Below, piece after piece: positions 49,359 through 58,049 of a stretch of 64,000 bases of DNA. The first letter of the stretch is position 1. Every line of letters starts with the position of its first letter. The position numbers and the translations under genes were made by a program. Below the pieces are notes generated by a model. The model did not search any database. It had not been told where the DNA came from and saw only the letters and a program-made list of their open reading frames with translations. Source of the DNA: Cellvibrionaceae bacterium (lineage in GTDB: Bacteria > Pseudomonadota > Gammaproteobacteria > Pseudomonadales > JAILXX01); the NCBI GenBank assembly GCA_045430295.1, contig JAILXX010000005.1, positions 110,893 through 174,892 on the forward strand, read 5' to 3'.

Positions 49359-49382
49359 GTCACTCCCGCGAAGGCGGGAGTC
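49359..49382. repeat. REP-like palindrome GTCACTCCCGCGAAGGCGGGAGTC
   Basis: Same family and ends as the units at 15358-15381 and 15561-15584. Confidence 0.75.
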
Positions 49383-49443
49383 TACTGGGGATGAAAGTCA
49401 GAATTTAGAGCTTTGCAGTTTGATAGTAGCGTGTAAAAAATCA

Positions 49444-49472
49444 CATCCAACTTCAAATCTCTAACGTCCAAC
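49444..49472 (+). promoter_or_regulatory. Paired box CATCCAAC-N13-CGTCCAAC upstream of pgk
   Basis: Read directly. Box starts are 21 bp apart and the pair ends 32 nt before the pgk ATG. A near-identical pair lies at 50709-50737. Confidence 0.4.
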
Positions 49473-49503
49473 TTTTTTAAAATGTTATTGAGGAAATTAA
49501 ACA

Positions 49504-50667
49504 ATGACAGTTAAACAAATGACTCAACTGGATCTCGCGGGTAAGCGGGTTTTAATTCGTGAAGATTTGAACGTGCCAGTAAAGGATGGTGTCGTAACCT
49601 CAGATGCCCGTATTCGTGCTGCGCTACCCACAATTAAGCACGCCCTTGAATCTGGTGCAAAAGTAATTGTGATGTCCCATCTAGGTCGTCCAACGGAAGG
49701 CGAGTACGAAGAGAAATTTTCCATGGCGCCGGTAGCAACTCACCTTGGTAAGCTATTGGATCGTGAAGTGCCACTGGTCAAAGACTGGCAGGACGGTATC
49801 GAATTAGCAGATGGCGAGTTAGCGCTGTTAGAAAACGTACGTTTTAATGTGGGAGAGAAAAAAGATGGCGACGACTTGTCGAAAGCTTACGCTTCTCTGT
49901 GCGATGTTTTTGTGATGGATGCCTTCGGTACTGCGCACCGTGCACAAGCCTCTACTCATGGAGTGGCCAAGTTTGCGCCAGTTGCCTGTGCAGGCCCCTT
50001 GCTAGCGACTGAATTGGATGCGCTGGGTAAAGCCTTGGCCAGCCCTGAACGCCCAATGGTTGCCATTGTGGGCGGGTCAAAAGTATCTACCAAGTTAACG
50101 GTTTTAGAAACCTTGTCTGATAAAGTTGATCAGCTCATTGTTGGTGGTGGTATTGCCAATACTTTCCTAGCGGCTGCGGGTAATCAAGTGGGTAAATCTT
50201 TATACGAAGAAGATTTAATTCCTAATGCAAAAGCCTTAATGGAAAAATGTGAAATTCCGGTGCCCACTGATGTAGTCACCGGTAAAGAGTTTTCTGAAAC
50301 TGCTACTGCTGAATTGAAATACGCTGCAGATGTTGTGGAAGACGATATGATTTTTGATATCGGTCCAGATTCAGCTCAAGCGATTGCCGATATTTTGAAA
50401 GACGCTAAAACCATTTTGTGGAACGGCCCTGTAGGGGTGTTCGAATTTGATCAGTTTGGTGCGGGCACTAAAACCTTGTCTCTTGCTATCGCGGAGTCTG
50501 CTGGCTTCTCTTTGGCGGGTGGTGGTGATACCTTGGCAGCTATCGATAAATACGAAATAGCTGACAAGGTTTCTTATATTTCAACCGGTGGTGGTGCTTT
50601 CCTTGAGTATGTTGAAGGTAAGGTATTACCGGCGGTAGCCGTGCTGGAGCAGCGCGCGAAAGACTAA
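49504..50667 (+). CDS. pgk: Phosphoglycerate kinase
   Basis: 387 aa, '[11 protein letters not shown]', 'MSHLGRP', 'GGGDT'. Confidence 0.97.
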   Translation: MTVKQMTQLDLAGKRVLIREDLNVPVKDGVVTSDARIRAALPTIKHALESGAKVIVMSHLGRPTEGEYEEKFSMAPVATHLGKLLDREVPLVKDWQDGIELADGELALLENVRFNVGEKKDGDDLSKAYASLCDVFVMDAFGTAHRAQASTHGVAKFAPVACAGPLLATELDALGKALASPERPMVAIVGGSKVSTKLTVLETLSDKVDQLIVGGGIANTFLAAAGNQVGKSLYEEDLIPNAKALMEKCEIPVPTDVVTGKEFSETATAELKYAADVVEDDMIFDIGPDSAQAIADILKDAKTILWNGPVGVFEFDQFGAGTKTLSLAIAESAGFSLAGGGDTLAAIDKYEIADKVSYISTGGGAFLEYVEGKVLPAVAVLEQRAKD

Positions 50668-50679
50668 TTAACATTTGAT

Positions 50680-50737
50680 GTTCGACGTTGGATGTTTGAT
50701 GCGGTATTCGTCCAACCTCAAACATTCAACGTCCAAC
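50680..50737 (+). promoter_or_regulatory. Long imperfect hairpin containing the paired box CGTCCAAC-N13-CGTCCAAC upstream of fba
   Basis: The left arm gttcgacgttggatgtttgatg pairs with cctcaaacattcaacgtccaac (3 mismatches). The boxes are at 50709-50716 and 50730-50737, ending 33 nt before the fba ATG. Confidence 0.45.
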
Positions 50738-50769
50738 AAAATTAAAAATTTTTATAGAGGGATACAACC

Positions 50770-51819
50770 ATGGCTTTAATCAGTATGCGTCAGATGCTGG
50801 ATCACGCCGCCGAAAATGACTACGGCGTGCCGGCTTTTAATGTGAACAACCTGGAGCAAATGCGTGCAATTATGGAAGCGGCGGATCAAACCAATTCGCC
50901 AGTGATCGTTCAAGCTTCTGCGGGTGCGCGAAAATATGCAGGTGCGCCTTTCCTGCGTCATTTGATTTTGGCAGCCATTGAAGAGTTTCCACACATTCCT
51001 GTGTGTATGCATCAAGACCACGGCACATCGCCTTCCGTATGTCAGCGTTCTATCCAGTTGGGCTTCAGCTCAGTCATGATGGATGGTTCTCTGGGTGAAG
51101 ATGGCAAAACCCCAACCGATTACGAATACAATGTGGATGTCACTCGTCGCACTGTAGAAATGGCCCACGCTTGTGGTGTTTCTGTTGAGGGTGAATTGGG
51201 TTGCTTGGGTTCTTTGGAAACTGGTGAGGCTGGCGAAGAAGACGGCATCGGTGCCGACTGTAAACTGACTCACGATCAAATGCTCACAGACCCTGAAGAA
51301 GCGGCTGATTTCGTTGCGAAAACCGGTGTTGATGCTCTGGCCATTGCTTGTGGCACCTCTCACGGTGCTTACAAGTTTACTCGTCCACCTACAGGCGACA
51401 TTCTGGCGATCGATCGCATCAAAGCTATCCATGCGCGTATTCCGAATACTCACCTGGTTATGCACGGTTCATCTTCTGTGCCTCAAGAATGGTTGGCCAT
51501 CATTAACGAATTTGGTGGTGAAATCCCGGAAACTTACGGTGTACCTGTTGAGCAAATCTGTGAAGGCATTAAGCATGGTGTGCGCAAGGTGAATATTGAT
51601 ACGGACTTGCGTTTGGCCTCTACCGGTGCGGTACGTCGCTTTATGGCAAACAACACCGCTGAGTTCGATCCTCGTAAATACTTGAAAGAAACCGTAACAG
51701 CCATGAAAGATATTTGTGTGGCGCGTTACGAAGCCTTCGGTACTGCGGGCAACGCAAGTAAGATTAAGCCAGTGAGCCTGGAAGGTATGTTCCAGCGCTA
51801 TCAAAATGGTGAGCTGTAA
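50770..51819 (+). CDS. fba: Fructose-bisphosphate aldolase, class II
   Basis: 349 aa, '[10 protein letters not shown]', 'HQDHG', 'HGSSSVP'. Confidence 0.95.
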   Translation: MALISMRQMLDHAAENDYGVPAFNVNNLEQMRAIMEAADQTNSPVIVQASAGARKYAGAPFLRHLILAAIEEFPHIPVCMHQDHGTSPSVCQRSIQLGFSSVMMDGSLGEDGKTPTDYEYNVDVTRRTVEMAHACGVSVEGELGCLGSLETGEAGEEDGIGADCKLTHDQMLTDPEEAADFVAKTGVDALAIACGTSHGAYKFTRPPTGDILAIDRIKAIHARIPNTHLVMHGSSSVPQEWLAIINEFGGEIPETYGVPVEQICEGIKHGVRKVNIDTDLRLASTGAVRRFMANNTAEFDPRKYLKETVTAMKDICVARYEAFGTAGNASKIKPVSLEGMFQRYQNGEL

Positions 51820-51933
51820 GCGTTAGTGCTTTATTTCTGTCTTGGGTTAACCGCTCAGTGACATTTATAGGCCCGTTGCTATTATTGAGTGTGAGCTCGA
51901 TATTGGTTTCGGGCCTTTTTATCAGGTAACGAG

Positions 51934-52905
51934 ATGGCAGCTATGGATCCCGATAAAGTCCGCGCAATGCTTCCCAAATTGGAAGCCATGTTTGAAGCGG
52001 AGTATTGGCCGGAACTTAATGCAGCAGGCAAGAAATTTTTTTCGCGATATCACTTGGATTACCGTGAAAAAGTCTCTGGACTAAAGCAAGGGTTGCAGCG
52101 CTTTCCCTGGAAGCATGGGGAGCTGGCGGTGTATCACTGGTTGTTGCCAAATGCTCGAGGCACAGTGTTTATTGTGCATGGTTATTTTGATCACTCTGGG
52201 CTCTATGGTAGTGCGGTGCGCTTTTGGTTGAGTCAGGGCTATAGCGTTGTGGCGTTTGATCTTCCAGGCCACGGCCTCTCTTCTGGTAACCGTGCCTGTA
52301 TTGAGAACTTTGATTATTACTCAGAGGCCTTTGCTTATTTGGTGAAAAATCTCAGTGGTTTACCAAAGCCTTTTGTCGCCATGGGACAAAGTACTGGCGG
52401 CTCCGTCATTATGAATGCCATGCTAGATAAGAAATTTGAAATGCCCCAACGCTTTTTTGTGATTAAGTTTTTGTTGGCGCCCTTGGTTCGATCTCGTGGC
52501 TGGGCCTTAATGAAGTGGGCTCACTTATTTCTTTCGCCGTTTGTAAAATCTATTCCAAGGAAATTTGTCGATAACTGTGATAATCAAAATTTTCTCGCTT
52601 TTTTAAGGAAAGATCCTCTGCAGGCGAGAAGAATTTCTACGGTTTGGGTGGGCGCGATGAAAGCTTGGATTAAAAAGTGCCGTCGTATGAAGCCAGGGGA
52701 TCACAAGTTTTATATTCTCCAGGGCGATAACGACGTTACAGTGGATTCAGCCTATAACGCGAAGGAAATTATGCGTATTTGTCCTCGTAGTAGACTCCAT
52801 GTGATTGAAGGAATGAATCACCATATTGTGAATGAATCGCCAGAATACCGTAAGCAAGTGTTTGCCTATCTCAAAGAATGTTTGCCAATGCGACAAGAGT
52901 TTTAA
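51934..52905 (+). CDS. Alpha/beta hydrolase (lysophospholipase/monoacylglycerol-lipase-like)
   Basis: 'HGYFDHSG', nucleophile elbow 'GQSTGG', and a C-terminal 'H' in 'GMNHHI'. Confidence 0.75.
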   Translation: MAAMDPDKVRAMLPKLEAMFEAEYWPELNAAGKKFFSRYHLDYREKVSGLKQGLQRFPWKHGELAVYHWLLPNARGTVFIVHGYFDHSGLYGSAVRFWLSQGYSVVAFDLPGHGLSSGNRACIENFDYYSEAFAYLVKNLSGLPKPFVAMGQSTGGSVIMNAMLDKKFEMPQRFFVIKFLLAPLVRSRGWALMKWAHLFLSPFVKSIPRKFVDNCDNQNFLAFLRKDPLQARRISTVWVGAMKAWIKKCRRMKPGDHKFYILQGDNDVTVDSAYNAKEIMRICPRSRLHVIEGMNHHIVNESPEYRKQVFAYLKECLPMRQEF

Positions 52906-52908
52906 TTT

Positions 52909-53946
52909 ATGCCGTTGGGGAAAATTGAATACAAAGGCCAGCAGGTTAATGAAAATCAGCTGAGTCAACAAAAGACCGGGGTATTACTGGTAAATTTAGG
53001 TACCCCGGATGCACCAACAAAGCCGGCGTTGCGTCGTTATTTGAAGCAATTTCTCAGTGATCCCCGTGTGGTTGAGGCGCCAAGGTTACTTTGGTCGCTG
53101 GTGCTTAACGGTGTTATTTTGAATACCCGCCCGAAAAAATCGGCGGCAGCCTATGAAACGGTGTGGACGGATGAGGGTTCACCTCTGCTGCAAATCAGTC
53201 GGCAGCAAGAGCAAAAGCTGAGAGAGTTATTACAGGAAAAGTTTGGCGGAGAAGTACTTGTGGAGCTAGGAATGTGTTATGGCAGTCCATCCATTCCTTC
53301 GGCTCTGGACTCTCTTCGTCGGCAAGGGGTAAGCCATATTGTGGTATTGCCCATGTTTCCTCAATATAGCGGCAGTACCAATGGTGCCGTATTCGATGCC
53401 GTGACTAATGAGTTGCAGAAATGGCGTTGGGTGCCAGGTATTAGCTACGTGTCCACTTGGCATGATAACCCTAGCTATATTCAAGCTTTGGCGAATAGCA
53501 TTTCAGAAAGCCTTGAAAGCAATGGTAAACCAGAAAAGCTTATTTTCTCTTTTCATGGAACCCCAAAGTCCTACTTAGAAAAAGGCGATCCTTATTTCTA
53601 CTACTGCCAGAAAACTGCGTTAGCGGTTGTGGATATGCTGGGTTTAAAAGAAAAAGATTACCAAGTCTGTTTCCAGTCTCGCTTTGGTCCTGAAGAATGG
53701 CTACAACCCTATACAGATGAAACCCTGGAATCACTGGCTAAGCGAGGCGTAAAAAATGTCTCTGTTATCTGTCCGGGATTTGTTGCCGATTGCCTAGAAA
53801 CCATTGAAGAAATTGGTGAGGAAAATAAGGAAATCTTTTTGGAAAATGGTGGGGAAGGCTATAGCTATATTCCCTGCGTTAACGATACGGATTTGTTTGT
53901 TCAATCCATGTTTGAAACCTTAGAACCTTTCTTGCCTAGAGTCTAA
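52909..53946 (+). CDS. hemH: Ferrochelatase
   Basis: 'GVLLVNLGTPD', 'LPMFPQYS', 'FSFHG.P', 'CPGF..DCLETLEE'-like 'CPGFVADCLETIEE'. Confidence 0.95.
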   Translation: MPLGKIEYKGQQVNENQLSQQKTGVLLVNLGTPDAPTKPALRRYLKQFLSDPRVVEAPRLLWSLVLNGVILNTRPKKSAAAYETVWTDEGSPLLQISRQQEQKLRELLQEKFGGEVLVELGMCYGSPSIPSALDSLRRQGVSHIVVLPMFPQYSGSTNGAVFDAVTNELQKWRWVPGISYVSTWHDNPSYIQALANSISESLESNGKPEKLIFSFHGTPKSYLEKGDPYFYYCQKTALAVVDMLGLKEKDYQVCFQSRFGPEEWLQPYTDETLESLAKRGVKNVSVICPGFVADCLETIEEIGEENKEIFLENGGEGYSYIPCVNDTDLFVQSMFETLEPFLPRV

Positions 53947-53951
53947 AGGAA

Positions 53952-54212
53952 ATGAGTATGATCTATTGTGTATTTACCCGTGAAGGCTATGAGCAAGTAT
54001 TGCCGAAGTTACAAGAAAACGATACCAAATTATGGATTAATAAAGGCGTATTAATCATTGATGAAATCAATGTCTTAAAAGAAAAAGGCATTGTGGTGAA
54101 TGAGTTATCAAAAGCCTATAACCCCAATAAGGATTCAGAAATCTGTGCGGCTGTGGATGAGGTTGAAAAACACTGCGGAGATGATGAAGAGATGTTGGTT
54201 GAATATCCTTAA
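53952..54212 (+). CDS. Small acidic hypothetical protein (86 aa; alternative ATG at 53958)
   Basis: An ORF in an AT-rich block directly after hemH. I recognise no family. Confidence 0.45.
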   Translation: MSMIYCVFTREGYEQVLPKLQENDTKLWINKGVLIIDEINVLKEKGIVVNELSKAYNPNKDSEICAAVDEVEKHCGDDEEMLVEYP

Positions 54213-54229
54213 GGGAAGTATAGGAAATA

Positions 54230-55336
54230 ATGATGAAGGTGATTTCGGCTTGTTTGTTGTTTTTATTGTCGTACTCAGTTTTTGCGTCATCGAATGATAA
54301 TGAAAAGGGGGTGTTTCTTGAAAAATATCAGGAGTATTCGAAGTACTCATCAAATGGTAATTGGCCTGAAGCTGCTGAAAGAGCTCGAGTTTTAGTCGAG
54401 TTGTCGGAAAAGTTGTTTGGGGAAAAAAGCAAAAATACTGCATCTTTGCAGTATAACTACGGAGTTTCGCTGCTTAGATCAGATAAAAGAGAGAGCTATG
54501 ATGAGGCTAGAAGTGCTCTGAGAAAAGCAGTTGTTTTGTATGAAGAAGTTTATGGTGAGGGATCTAAGAGTTTGATTGATCCTCTTATGGACTATGGGAG
54601 AGCGATTAATAAAATCGCTTTAGATTGTGATGGAAGAAAGCAGTTTTCTGATGCTATTAGCATTGCGAAAACGAACTCGCTATCCGAAATTCTAGTGGCA
54701 GAGTTATATCAAGAAGCTGGTGTAAGCTGTTTAAACGATTCGTCTTATATAAAGAAAGCAAAGTCTTACCTGATGATGGCGCGGGAACGTTTCATTAATG
54801 TGTTTCCTGAAGACGATTTTAGGGTTGCAATAAATAGCTATTATTTAGGGAAGGCTAACCTTTCGCTTCTTAATCTTAAAGAGGCGGAAAAATATTTGTT
54901 ATCCTCCGTCGAGGCTTTCTCTGGCGCTAAAGAAGCCTTTAAATTGTACTATCAGTCGAGTCATGCGTTTTTAGTTGAGGTTTATGAGAGGAAAGGTGAA
55001 GGAGAAAAAGCAGACAAGCACTGTCAGGAAGTAGGCAGGATGTCTTCCTGGAGTTCGTCTCATGAAGCAAAACCTATTTTCCAAACTGTTCCTGTGTATC
55101 CTGAGCGTGCTTGGTTCTTTGGGCGTGAGGGTAATGTAGTTCTTAACTTTTACGTTGATAAAAGTGGGTTTGCGCGAGATATTACAGTCGCAGAGCATAA
55201 AGGAAGTAGAGATTTTATTGGAAGCGCATTAAAAGCCGTAGAGAAATGGCGGTTTGTGCCGGAATTTAAAGATGGTCAGCCTGTAGACAGCGGGATGACG
55301 AATTTTAAATTCACTTTTATGATGAGTAAGTATTAG
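54230..55336 (+). CDS. Secreted helical-repeat (TPR-like) protein with a TonB C-terminal domain
   Basis: Signal peptide 'MMKVISACLLFLLSYSVFASS', and C-terminal 'PVYPERAWFFGREGNVVLNFYVDKSGFARDITV...AVEKWRFVP' (TonB_C fold motif). It lacks a TonB-type N-terminal anchor or Pro-rich spacer. Confidence 0.7.
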   Translation: MMKVISACLLFLLSYSVFASSNDNEKGVFLEKYQEYSKYSSNGNWPEAAERARVLVELSEKLFGEKSKNTASLQYNYGVSLLRSDKRESYDEARSALRKAVVLYEEVYGEGSKSLIDPLMDYGRAINKIALDCDGRKQFSDAISIAKTNSLSEILVAELYQEAGVSCLNDSSYIKKAKSYLMMARERFINVFPEDDFRVAINSYYLGKANLSLLNLKEAEKYLLSSVEAFSGAKEAFKLYYQSSHAFLVEVYERKGEGEKADKHCQEVGRMSSWSSSHEAKPIFQTVPVYPERAWFFGREGNVVLNFYVDKSGFARDITVAEHKGSRDFIGSALKAVEKWRFVPEFKDGQPVDSGMTNFKFTFMMSKY

Positions 55337-55383
55337 AGGCTGATGAAGGTTTTACATATCTCACTGTGTGTAGATTAGTGAGA

Positions 55384-55438
55384 TAGTATGCATTGAATGC
55401 CTGGCAAGGTGTCGAACATTCAATGCATACTTTATTTT
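55384..55438 (+). terminator. Rho-independent terminator
   Basis: A perfect 15-bp stem agtatgcattgaatg / cattcaatgcatact with a 17-nt loop, followed by a T-rich run. Confidence 0.7.
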
Positions 55439-56664
55439 TAGAACAATACCCGACAACGCACAGTCCCATCAATCTCACGCAGTTGCTTTAACGCAAGGTC
55501 GCTGTATTCTGCAGCGATATCCACTACCACATAACCCACTTTGTCGTTGGTCTGTAAGTACTGGCCAAGAATGTTGATATTGTTGTCGGCAAAAATTTGG
55601 TTGATAGCGGTAAGAATGCCAGGCTTGTTTTCGTGAACGTGCAACAAACGGTGGCCACCATCGTGTAATGGTAGTGCAACTTCTGGGAAATTTACTGCAC
55701 TGATGCTGGTGCCATTGTCGGAGTATTTCACCAGTTTTTCTGAAACTTCTAAGCCGATATTCGCCTGAGCTTCTTGGGTAGAGCCGCCGATGTGCGGAGT
55801 TAAGATGACATTGTCCAAGCCCCGTAGTGGGCTTTGGAATTCGTCATCATTGCCACGAGGTTCTACTGGGAATACATCGATAGCGGCACCGGAAAGTTTT
55901 TTCGCTTTAATGGCATCGGCCAAGGCTTCAATCTCAACGACAGTACCGCGAGACGCATTCAACAAAATTGCGCCTTCTTTCATGGCTGCAATTTGTTCTT
56001 TGCCCATCATCATTTTTGTTGCAGGGGTTTCAGGTACGTGTAGGCTGACGATATCAGATTGGGCTAATAGGTCGTTTAGCTCACGAATTTGTGTGGCGTT
56101 ACCCAGTGGCAGCTTGGTAATGGTGTCGTAAAACAGAACTTCCATGCCCATGGCTTCGGCCATAACGGAAACCTGGCTGCCGATAGAGCCGTAACCCACA
56201 ATGCCCAGCTTCTTGCCGCGAATTTCGTAAGAACCAACAGCAGACTTCAGCCAGCCACCGCGATGACAGACGGCATTTTTCTCAGGGATGCCGCGAAGCA
56301 ACAGAATGGCTTCAGCAATAACTAGCTCAGCTACGGAGCGAGTGTTGGAGAAAGGCGCGTTGAATACACAAACGCCGAATTCTTGAGCGGCTTGAAGATC
56401 AACTTGATTGGTGCCGATACAGAAGCAGCCGACGGCAATGAGTTTTTCTGCAGATTCAAAAACTTCACGAGTTAGTTGAGTGCGAGAGCGAATGCCCACG
56501 AAGTGAGCATCTTTGATTTTTACTTTCAGCTCAGCATCTGGCAGGGCTGTCTTGATGTATTCCACATTGGTGTAGCCAGCGGCTTCCAGGGTGTCCAAAG
56601 CAGACTGGTGCACGCCTTCCAGTAATAGGAAGCGAATTTTACTTTTAGGCAGGGAAGTAACCAT
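55438..56664 (-). CDS. serA: D-3-phosphoglycerate dehydrogenase (with ACT domain)
   Basis: 408 aa, NAD-binding site 'GIVGYGSIGSQ', 'HIGGST', C-terminal ACT domain. Confidence 0.93.
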   Translation of the reverse strand: MVTSLPKSKIRFLLLEGVHQSALDTLEAAGYTNVEYIKTALPDAELKVKIKDAHFVGIRSRTQLTREVFESAEKLIAVGCFCIGTNQVDLQAAQEFGVCVFNAPFSNTRSVAELVIAEAILLLRGIPEKNAVCHRGGWLKSAVGSYEIRGKKLGIVGYGSIGSQVSVMAEAMGMEVLFYDTITKLPLGNATQIRELNDLLAQSDIVSLHVPETPATKMMMGKEQIAAMKEGAILLNASRGTVVEIEALADAIKAKKLSGAAIDVFPVEPRGNDDEFQSPLRGLDNVILTPHIGGSTQEAQANIGLEVSEKLVKYSDNGTSISAVNFPEVALPLHDGGHRLLHVHENKPGILTAINQIFADNNINILGQYLQTNDKVGYVVVDIAAEYSDLALKQLREIDGTVRCRVLF

Positions 56665-56931
56665 GAAATCCTCGCTGATTGATCATTAGCAATGTGGTTG
56701 GGCTGTGTTGATATTGAACCCAAGGGGTTAAAACGGTATTTGGCGGAGGGCCATTTTTGAGGGGGCGTATCTTACCACAGCGTGGGGCTTGGGCTACAGA
56801 GCCCGAGTGGATAATCATTATTCATTTGGAGGGCTAGAAGAGGGTAGAAAAGGCCGGGTTGGTTAAGTTTTGACCAGTCTGGCCGATAATCTAGTTAACC
56901 TTGTGCAAACCTGTGGGTGGGAGGGTGTTCC

Positions 56932-57195
56932 ATGTTGTTTTCGAGCATCAAGCCGTTATTTTGTCGGCGGGCCGTTCTGTGGCCTTTATTGGGGATGTTA
57001 TTGGTAGGCTGGCTCAGTATTTTTGTACTGACGTGGTTTACTCCTGTTTCGTTGCTGGGGGCGGCGGTTTTCACAGCGCTGGTCTCGCTGATACAAGGAG
57101 GCCTATCGGTGTGGTTGCTGGGGGTTGTTGAGGCCAGTTATTTCAGTGATAACCAGCCTGCGGTACTGTCAGCGCTATCTTCTCGCTCCAAATAG
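56932..57195 (+). CDS. Small hypothetical membrane protein (87 aa)
   Basis: ATG at 56932 after a GGGAGGG RBS, with two or three hydrophobic helices. Confidence 0.4.
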   Translation: MLFSSIKPLFCRRAVLWPLLGMLLVGWLSIFVLTWFTPVSLLGAAVFTALVSLIQGGLSVWLLGVVEASYFSDNQPAVLSALSSRSK

Positions 57196-57202
57196 CGAGC
57201 CC

Positions 57203-57880
57203 TTAGTCTTCGGCTCTCAGCGTTTTTACCCCATCGGTGGTTCCCATAAGGAAAATATCTGCAGGGCGTTGAGCAAACAAACCATTGGTGACTACGCCGA
57301 CGATGCTATTGATGGCCTCTTCCGTAGCGGTAGGGTTCTCGATCATAAAATTGTGCACATCGAGAATCACGTTGCCGTTATCCGTGACAACACCTTCCCG
57401 ATAAACAGGGTCCCCCCCCAGTTTTACCAGCTCCCGGGCAACGTAAGAGCGAGCCATGGGGATCACTTCTACGGGTAGCGGGAAGGCACCCAGAGTATCT
57501 TTCCACTTAGAGTCGTCAGCAATACAAACGAACTCTTTTGCGACCGCAGCGACGATTTTTTCGCGAGTGAGAGCGGCTCCACCACCTTTGATCATGTGCA
57601 TTTGCGGATTGATTTCGTCGGCCCCGTCAACGTACATCTCTACGCCATCAACACTGTTGAGGTCATATACAGGAATTCCGTGTTTTTTCAGGCGCTCAGC
57701 AGAGGCTTCTGAGCTGGCCACAGTGCCGTAAATATCCCCTTTGATTTCCCCGAGAAAGTCGATAAAAAAATTGGCGGTAGAGCCAGTGCCAATACCGAGA
57801 ATGGTTTTATCTCCCAGCTTTGGGCGAACATAGTCGATAGCTGCGCGGGCAACCGCTTGTTTGAGTTCGTCTTGGGTCAT
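57203..57880 (-). CDS. rpiA: Ribose-5-phosphate isomerase A
   Basis: 'GIGTGST', 'DGADE', '[11 protein letters not shown]'. Confidence 0.95.
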   Translation of the reverse strand: MTQDELKQAVARAAIDYVRPKLGDKTILGIGTGSTANFFIDFLGEIKGDIYGTVASSEASAERLKKHGIPVYDLNSVDGVEMYVDGADEINPQMHMIKGGGAALTREKIVAAVAKEFVCIADDSKWKDTLGAFPLPVEVIPMARSYVARELVKLGGDPVYREGVVTDNGNVILDVHNFMIENPTATEEAINSIVGVVTNGLFAQRPADIFLMGTTDGVKTLRAED

Positions 57881-58002
57881 GGTCGGTACCGTTTGGTTTT
57901 TCTAGTTGTCGTTCGAGGGGGAGGAGATTATAGCTGTTGGTCGTGAATGAATCATTGGCTGTTATGAATTATTGGGATGAATTACTATGAGGCATAAGAC
58001 AA

Positions 58003-58044
58003 ATCAGTAAACCTCAATCAGTAACCGCCTATCAGTAACCCCAT
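58003..58044 (+). repeat. Three tandem 14-bp repeats (ATCAGTAAaCCtca / ATCAGTAAcCgcct / ATCAGTAAcCccat) abutting the ilvA start
   Basis: Read directly. Unit starts are at 58003, 58017 and 58031. Confidence 0.7.
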
Positions 58045-58049
58045 AGCCT

